Source: Eledone cirrhosa (lineage: Eukaryota). From it: 64,000 nt of DNA. Positions 11,927 to 26,299 of this stretch are shown here, piece after piece. The first letter of the stretch is position 1, and the number at the start of each line of letters is the position of its first letter. A program made the translations under genes and the position numbers. The notes under the pieces are model-generated. The model had not been told where the DNA came from. It did no database searches and was given only the letters and a program-made list of their open reading frames with translations. The stretch lies in the NCBI GenBank assembly GCA_964016885.1, contig OZ024758.1, positions 36,580,001-36,644,000 of the forward strand, in the 5' to 3' direction.

Positions 11927-14900
11927 ATGGTATTAGCTGTCAGAAGTAACTCCACTGTTGGTGAGAATTCATTTAAGTTCATGGTATTAGCTGTCAGAAG
12001 TAACTCCACTGTTGGTGAGAATTCATTTAAGTTCATGGTATTAGCTGTCAGAAGTAACTCCACTGTTGGTGAGAATTCATTTAAGTTCATGGTATTAGTT
12101 TGTCAGAAGTAACTCCACTGTTGGTGAGAATTCATTTAAGTCATGGTATTAGTTGTCAGAAGTAACTCCAATGTTGGTGAGAATTCATTTAAGTTCATGG
12201 TACTAGCTGTCAGAAGTAACTCCACTGTTGGTGAGAATTCATTTAAGTTCATGGTAATAGCTGTCAGAAGTAACTCCACTGTTGGTGAGAATTCATTTAA
12301 GTCATGGTATTAGCTGTCAGAAGTAACTCCAATGTTGGTGAGAATTCATTTAAGTCATGGTACTAGCTGTCAGAAGTAACTCCAATGTTGGTGAGAATTC
12401 ATTTAAGTTCATGGTATTAGCTGTCAGAAGTAACTCCACTGTTGGTGAGAATTCATTTAAGTTCATGGTATTAGCTGTCAGAAGTAACTCCACTGTTGGT
12501 GAGAATTCATTTAAGTCATGGTATTAGCTGTCAGAAGTAACTCCACTGTTGGTGAGAATTCATTTAAGTTCATGGTATTAGCTGTCAGAAGGAACGCCAC
12601 TGTTGGTGAGAATTCATTTAAGTTCATGGTATTAGCTGTCAGAAGTAACTCCACTGTTGGTGAGAATTCATTTAAGTTCATGGTATTAGCTGTCAGAAGT
12701 AACTCCACTGTTGGTGAGAATTCATTTAAGTTCATGGTACTAGCTGTCAGAAGTAACTCCACTGTTGGTGAGAATTCATTTAAGTTCATGGTATTAGCTG
12801 TCAGAAGTCACTCCAATGTTGGTGAGAATTCATTTAAGTTCATGGTATTAGCTGTCAGAAGTCACTCCACTGTTGGTGAGAATTCATTTAAGTTCATGGT
12901 ACTAGCTGTCAGAAGTAACCCCAATGTTGGTGAGAATTCATTTAAGTTCATGGTATTAGCTGTCAGAAGTCACTCCAATGTTGGTGAGAATTCATTTAAG
13001 TTCATGGTATTAGCTGTCAGAAGTAACTCCACTGTTGGTGAGAATTCATTTAAGTTCATGGTATTAGCTGTCAGAAGTAACTCCACTGTTGGTGAGAATT
13101 CATTTAAGTTCATGGTATTAGCTGTCAGAAGGAACTCCACTGTTGGTGAGAATTCATTTAAGTTCATGGTACTAGCTGTCAGAAGTAACTCCACTGTTGG
13201 TGAGAATTCATTTAAGTTCATGGTATTAGTTTGTCAGAAGTAACTCCACTGTTGGTGAGAATTCATTTAAGTCATGGTATTAGTTGTCAGAAGTAACTCC
13301 AATGTTGGTGAGAATTCATTTAAGCCATGGTACTAGCTGTCAGAAGTAACTCCAATGTTGGTGAGAATTCATTTAAGTTCATGGTATTAGCTGTCAGAAC
13401 GAACTCCACTGTTGGTGAGAATTCATTTAAGTTCATGGTATTAGCTGTCAGAAGTAACTCCACTGTTGGTGAGAATTCATTTAATTCATGGTATTAGCTG
13501 TCAGAAGTAACTCCACTGTTGGTGAGAATTCATTTAAGTTCATGGTATTAGCTGTCAGAAGTAACTCCACTGTTGGTGAGAATTCATTTAAGTTCATGGT
13601 GCTAGCTGTCAGAAGTAACTCCACTGTTGGTGAGAATTCATTTAAGTTCATGGTATTAGCTGTCAGAAGTAACTCCACTGTTGGTGAGAATTCATTTAAG
13701 TCACGGTATTAGCTGTCAGAAGTAACTCCATTGTTGGTGAGAATCATTTAAGTTCATGGTATTAGCTGTCAGAAGTAACTCCACTGTTGGTAAGAATTCA
13801 TTTAAGTTCATGGTATTAGCTGTCAGAAGTAACTCCACTGTTGGTGAGAATTCATTTAAGTTCATGGTACTAGCTGTCAGAAGTGACTCCACTGTTGGTG
13901 AGAATTCATTTAAGTTCATGGTATTAGCTGTCAGAAGTAACTCCACTGTTGGTGAGAATTCATTTAAGTCATGGTATTAGCTGTCAGAAGTAACTCCATT
14001 GTTGGTGAGAATTCATTTAAGTCATGGTACTAGCTGTCAGAAGTAACTCCACTGTTGGTGAGAATTCATTTAAGTTCATGGTATTAGCTGTCAGAAGTAA
14101 CTCCACTGTTGGTGAGAATTCATTTAAGTCATGGTATTAGCTGTCAGAAGTAACTCCACTGTTGGTGAGAATTCATTTAAGTTCATGGTATTAGCTGTCA
14201 GAAGGAACGCCACTGTTGGTGAGAATTCATTTAAGTTCATGGTATTAGCTGTCAGAAGTAACTCCACTGTTGGTGAGAATTCATTTAAGTTCATGGTATT
14301 AGCTGTCAGAAGTAACTCCACTGTTGGTGAGAATTCATTTAAGTTCATGGTACTAGCTGTCAGAAGTAACTCCACTGTTGGTGAGAATTCATTTAAGTTC
14401 ATGGTATTAGCTGTCAGAAGTCACTCCAATGTTGGTGAGAATTCATTTAAGTTCATGGTATTAGCTGTCAGAAGTCACTCCACTGTTGGTGAGAATTCAT
14501 TTAAGTTCATGGTACTAGCTGTCAGAAGTAACCCCAATGTTGGTGAGAATTCATTTAAGTTCATGGTATTAGCTGTCAGAAGTCACTCCAATGTTGGTGA
14601 GAATTCATTTAAGTTCATGGTATTAGCTGTCAGAAGTAACTCCACTGTTGGTGAGAATTCATTTAAGTTCATGGTATTAGCTGTCAGAAGTAACTCCACT
14701 GTTGGTGAGAATTCATTTAAGTTCATGGTATTAGCTGTCAGAAGGAACTCCACTGTTGGTGAGAATTCATTTAAGTTCATGGTACTAGCTATCAGAAGTA
14801 ACTCCACTGTTGGTGAGAATTCATTTAAGTTCATGGTATTAGTTTGTCAGAAGTAACTCCACTGTTGGTGAGAATTCATTTAAGTCATGGTATTAGTTGT

Positions 14901-17900
14901 CAGAAGTAACTCCAATGTTGGTGAGAATTCATTTAAGCCATGGTACTAGCTGTCAGAAGTAACTCCAATGTTGGTGAGAATTCATTTAAGTTCATGGTAT
15001 TAGCTGTCAGAACGAACTCCACTGTTGGTGAGAATTCATTTAAGTTCATGGTATTAGCTGTCAGAAGTAACTCCACTGTTGGTGAGAATTCATTTAATTC
15101 ATGGTATTAGCTGTCAGAAGTAACTCCACTGTTGGTGAGAATTCATTTAAGTTCATGGTATTAGCTGTCAGAAGTAACTCCACTGTTGGTGAGAATTCAT
15201 TTAAGTTCATGGTGCTAGCTGTCAGAAGTAACTCCACTGTTGGTGAGAATTCATTTAAGTTCATGGTATTAGCTGTCAGAAGTAACTCCACTGTTGGTGA
15301 GAATTCATTTAAGTCACGGTATTAGCTGTCAGAAGTAACTCCATTGTTGGTGAGAATCATTTAAGTTCATGGTATTAGCTGTCAGAAGTAACTCCACTGT
15401 TGGTGAGAATTCATTTAAGTTCATGGTATTAGCTGTCAGAAGTAACTCCACTGTTGGTGAGAATTCATTTAAGTTCATGGTACTAGCTGTCAGAAGTAAC
15501 TCCACTGTTGGTGAGAATTCATTTAAGTTCATGGTATTAGCTGTCAGAAGTAACTCCACTGTTGGTGAGAATTCATTTAAGTCATGGTATTAGCTGTCAG
15601 AAGTAACTCCATTGTTGGTGAGAATTCATTTAAGTCATGGTACTAGCTGTCAGAAGTAACTCCACTGTTGGTGAGAATTCATTTAAGTTCATGGCATTAG
15701 CTGTCAGAAGGAACTCCACTGTTGGTGAGAATTCATTTAAGTTCATGGTATTAGCTGTCAGAAGTAACTCCACTGTTGGTGAGAATTCATTTAAGTTCAT
15801 GGTACTAGCTGTCAGAAGGAATCCACTGTTGGTGAGAATTCATTTAAATTCATGGTATTAGCTGTCAGAAGTAACTCCAATGTTGGTGAGAATTCATTTA
15901 AGTCATGGTACTAGCTGTCAGAAGTAACTCCACTGTTGGTGAGAATTCATATAAGTTCATGGTATTAGCTGTCAGAAGGAACTCCACTGTTGGTGAGAAT
16001 TCATTTAAGTTCATGGTATTAGCTGTCAGAAGTCACTCCAATGTTGGTGAGAATTCATTTAAGTTCATGGTATTAGCTGTCAGAGGTAACTCCACTGTTG
16101 GTTAGAATTCATTTAAGTTCATGGTATTAGCTGTCAGAAGTAACTCCACTGTTGGTGAGAATTCATTTAAGTTCATGGTACTAGCTGTCAGAAGTAACTC
16201 CACTGTTGGTGAGAATTCACTTAAGTTCATGGTACTAGCTGTCAGAAGTAACCCCAATGTTAGTGAGAATTCATTTAAGTTCATGGTATTAGCTGTCAGA
16301 AGTCACTCCACTGTTGGTGAGAATTCATTTAAGTTCATGGTATTAGCTGTCAGAAGTAACTCCACTGTTGGTGAGAATTCATTTAAGTTCATGGTATTAG
16401 CTGTCAGAAGTAACTCCACTGTTGGTGAGAATTCATTTAAGTTCATGGTATTAGCTGTCAGAAGTAACTCCACTGTTGGTGAGAATTCATTTAAGTCACG
16501 GTATTAGCTGTCAGAAGTAACTCCATTGTTGGTGAGAATCATTTAAGTTCATGGTATTAGCTGTCAGAAGTAACTCCACTGTTGGTGAGAATTCATTTAA
16601 GTTCATGGTATTAGCTGTCAGAAGTAACTCCACTGTTGGTGAGAATTCATTTAAGTTCATGGTATTAGCTGTCAGAAGTAACTCCACTGTTGGTGAGAAT
16701 TCATTTAAGTTCATGGTATTAGTTTGTCAGAAGTAACTCCACTGTTGGTGAGAATTCATTTAAGTCATGGTATTAGTTGTCAGAAGTAACTCCAATGTTG
16801 GTGAGAATTCATTTAAGTTCATGGTACTAGCTGTCAGAAGTAACTCCAATGTTGGTGAGAATTCATTTAAGTTCATGGTAATAGCTGTCAGAAGTAACTC
16901 CACTGTTGGTGAGAATTCATTTAAGTCATGGTATTAGCTGTCAGAAGTAACTCCAATGTTGGTGAGAATTCATTTAAGTCATGGTACTAGCTGTCAGAAG
17001 TAACTCCAATGTTGGTGAGAATTCATTTAAGTTCATGGTATTAGCTGTCAGAAGTAACTCCACTGTTGGTGAGAATTCATTTAAGTTCATGGTATTAGCT
17101 GTCAGAAGTAACTCCACTGTTGGTGAGAATTCATTTAAGTCATGGTATTAGCTGTCAGAAGTAACTCCACTGTTGGTGAGAATTCATTTAAGTTCATGGT
17201 ATTAGCTGTCAGAAGGAACGCCACTGTTGGTGAGAATTCATTTAAGTTCATGGTATTAGCTGTCAGAAGTAACTCCACTGTTGGTGAGAATTCATTTAAG
17301 TTCATGGTATTAGCTGTCAGAAGTAACTCCACTGTTGGTGAGAATTCATTTAAGTTCATGGTACTAGCTGTCAGAAGTAACTCCACTGTTGGTGAGAATT
17401 CATTTAAGTTCATGGTATTAGCTGTCAGAAGTCACTCCAATGTTGGTGAGAATTCATTTAAGTTCATGGTATTAGCTGTCAGAAGTCACTCCACTGTTGG
17501 TGAGAATTCATTTAAGTTCATGGTACTAGCTGTCAGAAGTAACCCCAATGTTGGTGAGAATTCATTTAAGTTCATGGTATTAGCTGTCAGAAGTCACTCC
17601 AATGTTGGTGAGAATTCATTTAAGTTCATGGTATTAGCTGTCAGAAGTAACTCCACTGTTGGTGAGAATTCATTTAAGTTCATGGTATTAGCTGTCAGAA
17701 GTAACTCCACTGTTGGTGAGAATTCATTTAAGTTCATGGTATTAGCTGTCAGAAGGAACTCCACTGTTGGTGAGAATTCATTTAAGTTCATGGTACTAGC
17801 TGTCAGAAGTAACTCCACTGTTGGTGAGAATTCATTTAAGTTCATGGTATTAGTTTGTCAGAAGTAACTCCACTGTTGGTGAGAATTCATTTAAGTCATG

Positions 17901-20900
17901 GTATTAGTTGTCAGAAGTAACTCCAATGTTGGTGAGAATTCATTTAAGCCATGGTACTAGCTGTCAGAAGTAACTCCAATGTTGGTGAGAATTCATTTAA
18001 GTTCATGGTATTAGCTGTCAGAACGAACTCCACTGTTGGTGAGAATTCATTTAAGTTCATGGTATTAGCTGTCAGAAGTAACTCCACTGTTGGTGAGAAT
18101 TCATTTAATTCATGGTATTAGCTGTCAGAAGTAACTCCACTGTTGGTGAGAATTCATTTAAGTTCATGGTATTAGCTGTCAGAAGTAACTCCACTGTTGG
18201 TGAGAATTCATTTAAGTTCATGGTGCTAGCTGTCAGAAGTAACTCCACTGTTGGTGAGAATTCATTTAAGTTCATGGTATTAGCTGTCAGAAGTAACTCC
18301 ACTGTTGGTGAGAATTCATTTAAGTCACGGTATTAGCTGTCAGAAGTAACTCCATTGTTGGTGAGAATCATTTAAGTTCATGGTATTAGCTGTCAGAAGT
18401 AACTCCACTGTTGGTAAGAATTCATTTAAGTTCATGGTATTAGCTGTCAGAAGTAACTCCACTGTTGGTGAGAATTCATTTAAGTTCATGGTACTAGCTG
18501 TCAGAAGTAACTCCACTGTTGGTGAGAATTCATTTAAGTTCATGGTATTAGCTGTCAGAAGTAACTCCACTGTTGGTGAGAATTCATTTAAGTCATGGTA
18601 TTAGCTGTCAGAAGTAACTCCATTGTTGGTGAGAATTCATTTAAGTCATGGTACTAGCTGTCAGAAGTAACTCCACTGTTGGTGAGAATTCATTTAAGTT
18701 CATGGTATTAGCTGTCAGAAGTAACTCCACTGTTGGTGAGAATTCATTTAAGTCATGGTATTAGCTGTCAGAAGTAACTCCACTGTTGGTGAGAATTCAT
18801 TTAAGTTCATGGTATTAGCTGTCAGAAGGAACGCCACTGTTGGTGAGAATTCATTTAAATTCATGGTATTAGCTGTCAGAAGTAACTCCACTGTTGGTGA
18901 GAATTCATTTAAGTTCATGGTATTAGCTGTCAGAAGTAACTCCACTGTTGGTGAGAATTCATTTAAGTTCATGGTACTAGCTGTCAGAAGTAACTCCACT
19001 GTTGGTGAGAATTCATTTAAGTTCATGGTATTAGCTGTCAGAAGTCACTCCAATGTTGGTGAGAATTCATTTAAGTTCATGGTATTAGCTGTCAGAAGTC
19101 ACTCCACTGTTGGTGAGAATTCATTTAAGTTCATGGTACTAGCTGTCAGAAGTAACCCCAATGTTGGTGAGAATTCATTTAAGTTCATGGTATTAGCTGT
19201 CAGAAGACACTCCAATGTTGGTGAGAATTCATTTAAGTTCATGGTATTAGCTGTCAGAAGTAACTCCACTGTTGGTGAGAATTCATTTAAGTTCATGGTA
19301 TTAGCTGTCAGAAGTAACTCCACTGTTGGTGAGAATTCATTTAAGTTCATGGTATTAGCTGTCAGAAGGAACTCCACTGTTGGTGAGAATTCATTTAAGT
19401 TCATGGTACTAGCTGTCAGAAGTAACTCCACTGTTGGTGAGAATTCATTTAAGTTCATGGTATTAGTTTGTCAGAAGTAACTCCACTGTTGGTGAGAATT
19501 CATTTAAGTCATGGTATTAGTTGTCAGAAGTAACTCCAATGTTGGTGAGAATTCATTTAAGCCATGGTACTAGCTGTCAGAAGTAACTCCAATGTTGGTG
19601 AGAATTCATTTAAGTTCATGGTATTAGCTGTCAGAACGAACTCCACTGTTGGTGAGAATTCATTTAAGTTCATGGTATTAGCTGTCAGAAGTAACTCCAC
19701 TGTTGGTGAGAATTCATTTAATTCATGGTATTAGCTGTCAGAAGTAACTCCACTGTTGGTGAGAATTCATTTAAGTTCATGGTATTAGCTGTCAGAAGTA
19801 ACTCCACTGTTGGTGAGAATTCATTTAAGTTCATGGTGCTAGCTGTCAGAAGTAACTCCACTGTTGGTGAGAATTCATTTAAGTTCATGGTATTAGCTGT
19901 CAGAAGTAACTCCACTGTTGGTGAGAATTCATTTAAGTCACGGTATTAGCTGTCAGAAGTAACTCCATTGTTGGTGAGAATCATTTAAGTTCATGGTATT
20001 CGCTGTCAGAAGTAACTCCACTGTTGGTGAGAATTCATTTAAGTTCATGGTATTAGCTGTCAGAAGTAACTCCACTGTTGGTGAGAATTCATTTAAGTTC
20101 ATGGTACTAGCTGTCAGAAGTAACTCCACTGTTGGTGAGAATTCATTTAAGTTCATGGTATTAGCTGTCAGAAGTAACTCCACTGTTGGTGAGAATTCAT
20201 TTAAGTCATGGTATTAGCTGTCAGAAGTAACTCCATTGTTGGTGAGAATTCATTTAAGTCATGGTACTAGCTGTCAGAAGTAACTCCACTGTTGGTGAGA
20301 ATTCATTTAAGTTCATGGCATTAGCTGTCAGAAGGAACTCCACTGTTGGTGAGAATTCATTTAAGTTCATGGTATTAGCTGTCAGAAGTAACTCCACTGT
20401 TGGTGAGAATTCATTTAAGTTCATGGTACTAGCTGTCAGAAGGAATCCACTGTTGGTGAGAATTCATTTAAATTCATGGTATTAGCTGTCAGAAGTAACT
20501 CCAATGTTGGTGAGAATTCATTTAAGTCATGGTACTAGCTGTCAGAAGTAACTCCACTGTTGGTGAGAATTCATATAAGTTCATGGTATTAGCTGTCAGA
20601 AGGAACTCCACTGTTGGTGAGAATTCATTTAAGTTCATGGTATTAGCTGTCAGAAGTCACTCCAATGTTGGTGAGAATTCATTTAAGTTCATGGTATTAG
20701 CTGTCAGAGGTAACTCCACTGTTGGTTAGAATTCATTTAAGTTCATGGTATTAGCTGTCAGAAGTAACTCCACTGTTGGTGAGAATTCATTTAAGTTCAT
20801 GGTACTAGCTGTCAGAAGTAACTCCACTGTTGGTGAGAATTCACTTAAGTTCATGGTACTAGCTGTCAGAAGTAACCCCAATGTTAGTGAGAATTCATTT

Positions 20901-21280
20901 AAGTTCATGGTATTAGCTGTCAGAAGTCACTCCACTGTTGGTGAGAATTCATTTAAGTTCATGGTATTAGCTGTCAGAAGTAACTCCACTGTTGGTGAGA
21001 ATTCATTTAAGTTCATGGTATTAGCTGTCAGAAGTAACTCCACTGTTGGTGAGAATTCATTTAAGTTCATGGTATTAGCTGTCAGAAGTAACTCCACTGT
21101 TGGTGAGAATTCATTTAAGTCACGGTATTAGCTGTCAGAAGTAACTCCATTGTTGGTGAGAATCATTTAAGTTCATGGTATTAGCTGTCAGAAGTAACTC
21201 CACTGTTGGTGAGAATTCATTTAAGTTCATGGTATTAGCTGTCAGAAGTAACTCCACTGTTGGTGAGAATTCATTTAAGT
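11927..21280. repeat. Tandem block duplication, offset 4,624 bp (86 monomers), containing nested 1,613-bp (30-monomer) duplications
   Basis: ORF starts 12518/17142, 14131/18755, 15637/20261, 15905/20529 and 16121/20745 differ by 4,624. Starts 12518/14131, 13488/15101 and 13756/15369 differ by 1,613. Shared variants GGTTAGAAT (16103/20727), TCACTTAAG, TCATATAAG and GGTGCTAG. Confidence 0.92.
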
Positions 21281-21900
21281 TCATGGTACTAGCTGTCAGA
21301 AGTAACTCCACTGTTGGTGAGAATTCATTTAAGTTCATGGTATTAGCTGTCAGAAGTAACTCCACTGTTGGTGAGAATTCATTTAAGTCATGGTATTAGC
21401 TGTCAGAAGTAACTCCATTGTTGGTGAGAATTCATTTAAGTCATGGTAATAGCTGTCAGAAGTAACTCCACTGTTGGTGAGAATTCATTTAAGTTCATGG
21501 CATTAGCTGTCAGAAGGAACTCCACTGTTGGTGAGAATTCATTTAAGTTCATGGTATTAGCTGTCAGAAGTAACTCCACTGTTGGTGAGAATTCATTTAA
21601 GTTCATGGTACTAGCTGTCAGAAGGAATCCACTGTTGGTGAGAATTCATTTAAATTCATGGTATTAGCTGTCAGAAGTAACTCCAATGTTGGTGAGAATT
21701 CATTTAAGTCATGGTACTAGCTGTCAGAAGTAACTCCACTGTTGGTGAGAATTCATATAAGTTCATGGTATTAGCTGTCAGAAGGAACTCCACTGTTGGT
21801 GAGAATTCATTTAAGTTCATGGTATTAGCTGTCAGAAGTCACTCCAATGTTGGTGAGAATTCATTTAAGTTCATGGTATTAGCTGTCAGAAGTAACTCCA
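19900..21900. repeat. Block duplication, offset 1,182 bp (22 monomers)
   Basis: ORF starts 19993/21175, 20261/21443 and 20529/21711. Shared variants AAGTCACGG, GAGAATCATT, ATGGCATTAG, AGGAATCC and TCATATAAG. Confidence 0.8.
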
Positions 21901-24900
21901 CTGTTGGTGAGAATTCATTTAAGTTCATGGTATTAGCTGTCAGAAGTAACTCCACTGTTGGTGAGAATTCATTTAAGTTCATGGTATTAGCTGTCAGAAG
22001 TAACTCCACTGTTGGTGAGAATTCATTTAAGTTCATGGTACTAGCTGTCAGAAGTAACGCCACTGTTGGTGAGAATTCATTTAAGTTCATGGTATTAGCT
22101 GTCAGAAGTAACTCCACTGTTGGTGAGAATTCATTTAAGTCATGGTATTAGCTGTCAGAAGTAACTCCATTGTTGGTGAGAATTCATTTAAGTCATGGTA
22201 CTAGCTGTCAGAAGTAACTCCACTGTTGGTGAGAATTCATTTAAGTTCATGGTACTAGCTGTCAGAAGTAACTCCACTGTTGGTGAGAATTCATTTAAGT
22301 TCATGGTACTAGCTGTCAGAAGTAACTCCAATGTTGGTGAGAATTCATTTAAGTCATGGTACTAGCTGTCAGAAGTCACTCCACTGTTGGTGAGAATTCA
22401 TTTAAGTTCATGGTATTAGCTGTCAGAAGGAACTCCACTGTTGGTGAGAATTCATTTAAATTCATGGTATTAGCTGTCAGAAGTAACTCCACTGTTGGTG
22501 AGAATTCATTTAAGTTCATGGTACTAGCTGTCAGAAGGAACTCCAATGTTGGTGAGAATTCATTTAAGTTCATGGTATTAGCTGTCAGAAGTAACTCCAC
22601 TGTTGGTGAGAATTCATTTAAGTTCATGGTATTAGCTGTCAGAAGTAACTCCACTGTTGGTGAGAATTCATTTAAGTTCATGGTACTAGCTGTCAGAAGT
22701 AACTCCACTGTTGGTGAGAATTCATTTAAGTTCATGGTACTAGCTGTCAGAAGTAACTCCACTGTTGGTGAGAATTCATTTAAGTTCATGGTATTAGCTG
22801 TCAGAAGTAACTCCACTGTTGGTGAGAATTCATTTAAGTCATGGTATTAGCTGTCAGAAGTAACTCCATTGTTGGTGAGAATTCATTTAAGTCATGGTAC
22901 TAGCTGTCAGAAGTAACTCCACTGTTGGTGAGAATTCATTTAGGTTCATGGAACTAGCTGTCAGAAGTAACTCCACTGTTGGTGAGAATTCATTTAAGTT
23001 CATGGTACTAGCTGTCAGAAGTAACTCCAATGTTGGTGAGAATTCATTTAAATTCATGGTATTAGCTGTCAGAAGTAACTCCACTGTTGGTGAGAATTCA
23101 TTTAAGTTCATGGTACTAGCTGTCAGAAGCAACTCCACTGTTGGTGAGAATTCATTTAAGTTCATGGTATTAGCTGTCAGAAGTCACTCCACTGTTGGTG
23201 AGAATTCATTTAAGTTCATGGTATTAGCTGTCAGAAGTAACTCCACTGTTGGTGAGAATTCATTTAAGTTCATGGTATTAGCTGTCAGAAGTAACTCCAC
23301 TGTTGGTGAGAATTCATTTAAGTTCATGGTATTAGCCGTCAGAAGTAACTCCACTGTTGGTGAGAATTCATTTAAGTTCATGGTACTAGCTGTCAGAAGT
23401 AACTCCACTGTTGGTGAGAATTCATTTAAGTTCATGGCATTAGCTGTCAGAAGTAACTCCACTGTTGGTGAGAATTCATTTAAGTTCATGGCATTAGCTG
23501 TCAGAAGTAACTCCACTGTTGGTGAGAATTCATTTAAGTTCATGGTACTAGCTGTCAGAAGGAATCCACTGTTGGTGAGAATTCATTTAAATTCATGGTA
23601 TTAGCTGTCAGAAGTAACTCCAATGTTGGTGAGAATTCATTTAAGTCATGGTACTAGCTGTCAGAAGTAACTCCACTGTTGGTGAGAATTCATATAAGTT
23701 CATGGTATTAGCTGTCAGAAGGAACTCCACTGTTGGTGAGAATTCATTTAAGTTCATGGTATTAGCTGTCAGAAGTCACTCCAATGTTGGTGAGAATTCA
23801 TTTAAGTTCATGGTATTAGCTGTCAGAAGTAACTCCACTGTTGGTGAGAATTCATTTAAGTTCATGGTATTAGCTGTCAGAAGTAACTCCACTGTTGGTG
23901 AGAATTCATTTAAGTTCATGGTACTAGCTGTCAGAAGTAACTCCACTGTTGGTGAGAATTCATTTAAGTTCATGGTACTAGCTGTCAGAGGTAACCCCAA
24001 TGTTAGTGAGAATTCATTTAAGTTCATGGTATTAGCTGTCAGAAGTCACTCCACTGTTGGTGAGAATTCATTTAAGTTCATGGTATTAGCTGTCAGAAGT
24101 AACTCCACTGTTGGTGAGAATTCATTTAAGTTCATGGTATTAGCTGTCAGAAGTAACTCCACTGTTGGTGAGAATTCATTTAAGTTCATGGTATTAGCTG
24201 TCAGAAGTAACTCCACTGTTGGTGAGAATTCATTTAAGTTCATGGTACTAGCTGTCAGAAGTAACGCCACTGTTGGTGAGAATTCATTTAAGTTCATGGT
24301 ATTAGCTGTCAGAAGTAACTCCACTGTTGGTGAGAATTCATTTAAGTCATGGTATTAGCTGTCAGAAGTAACTCCATTGTTGGTGAGAATTCATTTAAGT
24401 CATGGTACTAGCTGTCAGAAGTAACTCCACTGTTGGTGAGAATTCATTTAAGTTCATGGTACTAGCTGTCAGAAGTAACTCCACTGTTGGTGAGAATTCA
24501 TTTAAGTTCATGGTACTAGCTGTCAGAAGTAACTCCAATGTTGGTGAGAATTCATTTAAGTCATGGTACTAGCTGTCAGAAGTCACTCCACTGTTGGTGA
24601 GAATTCATTTAAGTTCATGGTATTAGCTGTCAGAAGGAACTCCACTGTTGGTGAGAATTCATTTAAATTCATGGTATTAGCTGTCAGAAGTAACTCCACT
24701 GTTGGTGAGAATTCATTTAAGTTCATGGTACTAGCTGTCAGAAGGAACTCCAATGTTGGTGAGAATTCATTTAAGTTCATGGTATTAGCTGTCAGAAGTA
24801 ACTCCACTGTTGGTGAGAATTCATTTAAGTTCATGGTATTAGCTGTCAGAAGTAACTCCACTGTTGGTGAGAATTCATTTAAGTTCATGGTACTAGCTGT

Positions 24901-26299
24901 CAGAAGTAACTCCACTGTTGGTGAGAATTCATTTAAGTTCATGGTACTAGCTGTCAGAAGTAACCCCAATGTTGGTGAGAATTCATTTAAGTTCATGGTA
25001 TTAGCTGTCAGAAGTCACTCCACTGTTGGTGAGAATTCATTTAAGTTCATGGTATTAGCTGTCAGAAGTAACTCCACTGTTGGTGAGAATTCATTTAAGT
25101 TCATGGTATTAGCTGTCAGAAGTAACTCCACTGTTGGTGAGAATTCATTTAAGTTCATGGTATTAGCTGTCAGAAGTATCTCCACTGTTGGTGAGAATTC
25201 ATTTAAGTTCATGGTACTAGCTGTCAGAAGTAACTCCACTGTTGGTGAGAATTCATTTAAGTTCATGGTATTAGCTGTCAGAAGTAACTCCACTGTTGGT
25301 GAGAATTCATTTAAGTCATGGTATTAGCTGTCAGAAGTAACTCCATTGTTGGTGAGAATTCATTTAAGTCATGGTACTAGCTGTCAGAAGTAACTCCACT
25401 GTTGGTGAGAATTCATTTAGGTTCATGGAACTAGCTGTCAGAAGTAACTCCACTGTTGGTGAGAATTCATTTAAGTTCATGGTACTAGCTGTCAGAAGTA
25501 ACTCCAATGTTGGTGAGAATTCATTTAAATTCATGGTATTAGCTGTCAGAAGTAACTCCACTGTTGGTGAGAATTCATTTAAGTTCATGGTACTAGCTGT
25601 CAGAAGCAACTCCACTGTTGGTGAGAATTCATTTAAGTTCATGGTATTAGCTGTCAGAAGTCACTCCACTGTTGGTGAGAATTCATTTAAGTTCATGGTA
25701 TTAGCTGTCAGAAGTAACTCCACTGTTGGTGAGAATTCATTTAAGTTCATGGTATTAGCTGTCAGAAGTAACTCCACTGTTGGTGAGAATTCATTTAAGT
25801 TCATGGTATTAGCCGTCAGAAGTAACTCCACTGTTGGTGAGAATTCATTTAAGTTCATGGTACTAGCTGTCAGAAGTAACTCCACTGTTGGTGAGAATTC
25901 ATTTAAGTTCATGGTATTAGCTGTCAGAAGTAACTCCACTGTTGGTGAGAGTTCATTTAAGTCATGGTATTAGCTGTCAGAAGTAACTCCATTGTTGGTG
26001 AGAATTCATTTAAGTCATGGTACTAGCTGTCAGAAGTAACTCCACTGTTGGTGAGAATTCATTTAAGTTCATGGTATTAGCTGTCAGAAGGAACTCCAGT
26101 GTTGGTGAGAATTCATTTATGTTCATGGTATTAGCTGTCAGAAGTAACTCCACTGTTGGTGAGAATTCATTTAAGTTCATGGTACTAGCTGTCAGAAGTA
26201 ACTCCACTGTTGGTGAGAATTCATTTAAGTTCATGGTACTAGCTGTCAGAAGTAACCCCAATGTTAGTGAGAATTCATTTAAGTTCATGGTATTAGCTG

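Larger units (their letters stand above)
1..19700. repeat. Left satellite subdomain defined by private variants
   Basis: AGTTTGTC (17 copies, from 521 to 19465), TAAGCCATGG and AGAACGAACT occur only here. The 4-monomer motif TCACTCCAAT/TCACTCCACT/CCCCAAT/TCACTCCAAT and AGGAACGCC are frequent. Confidence 0.85.
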
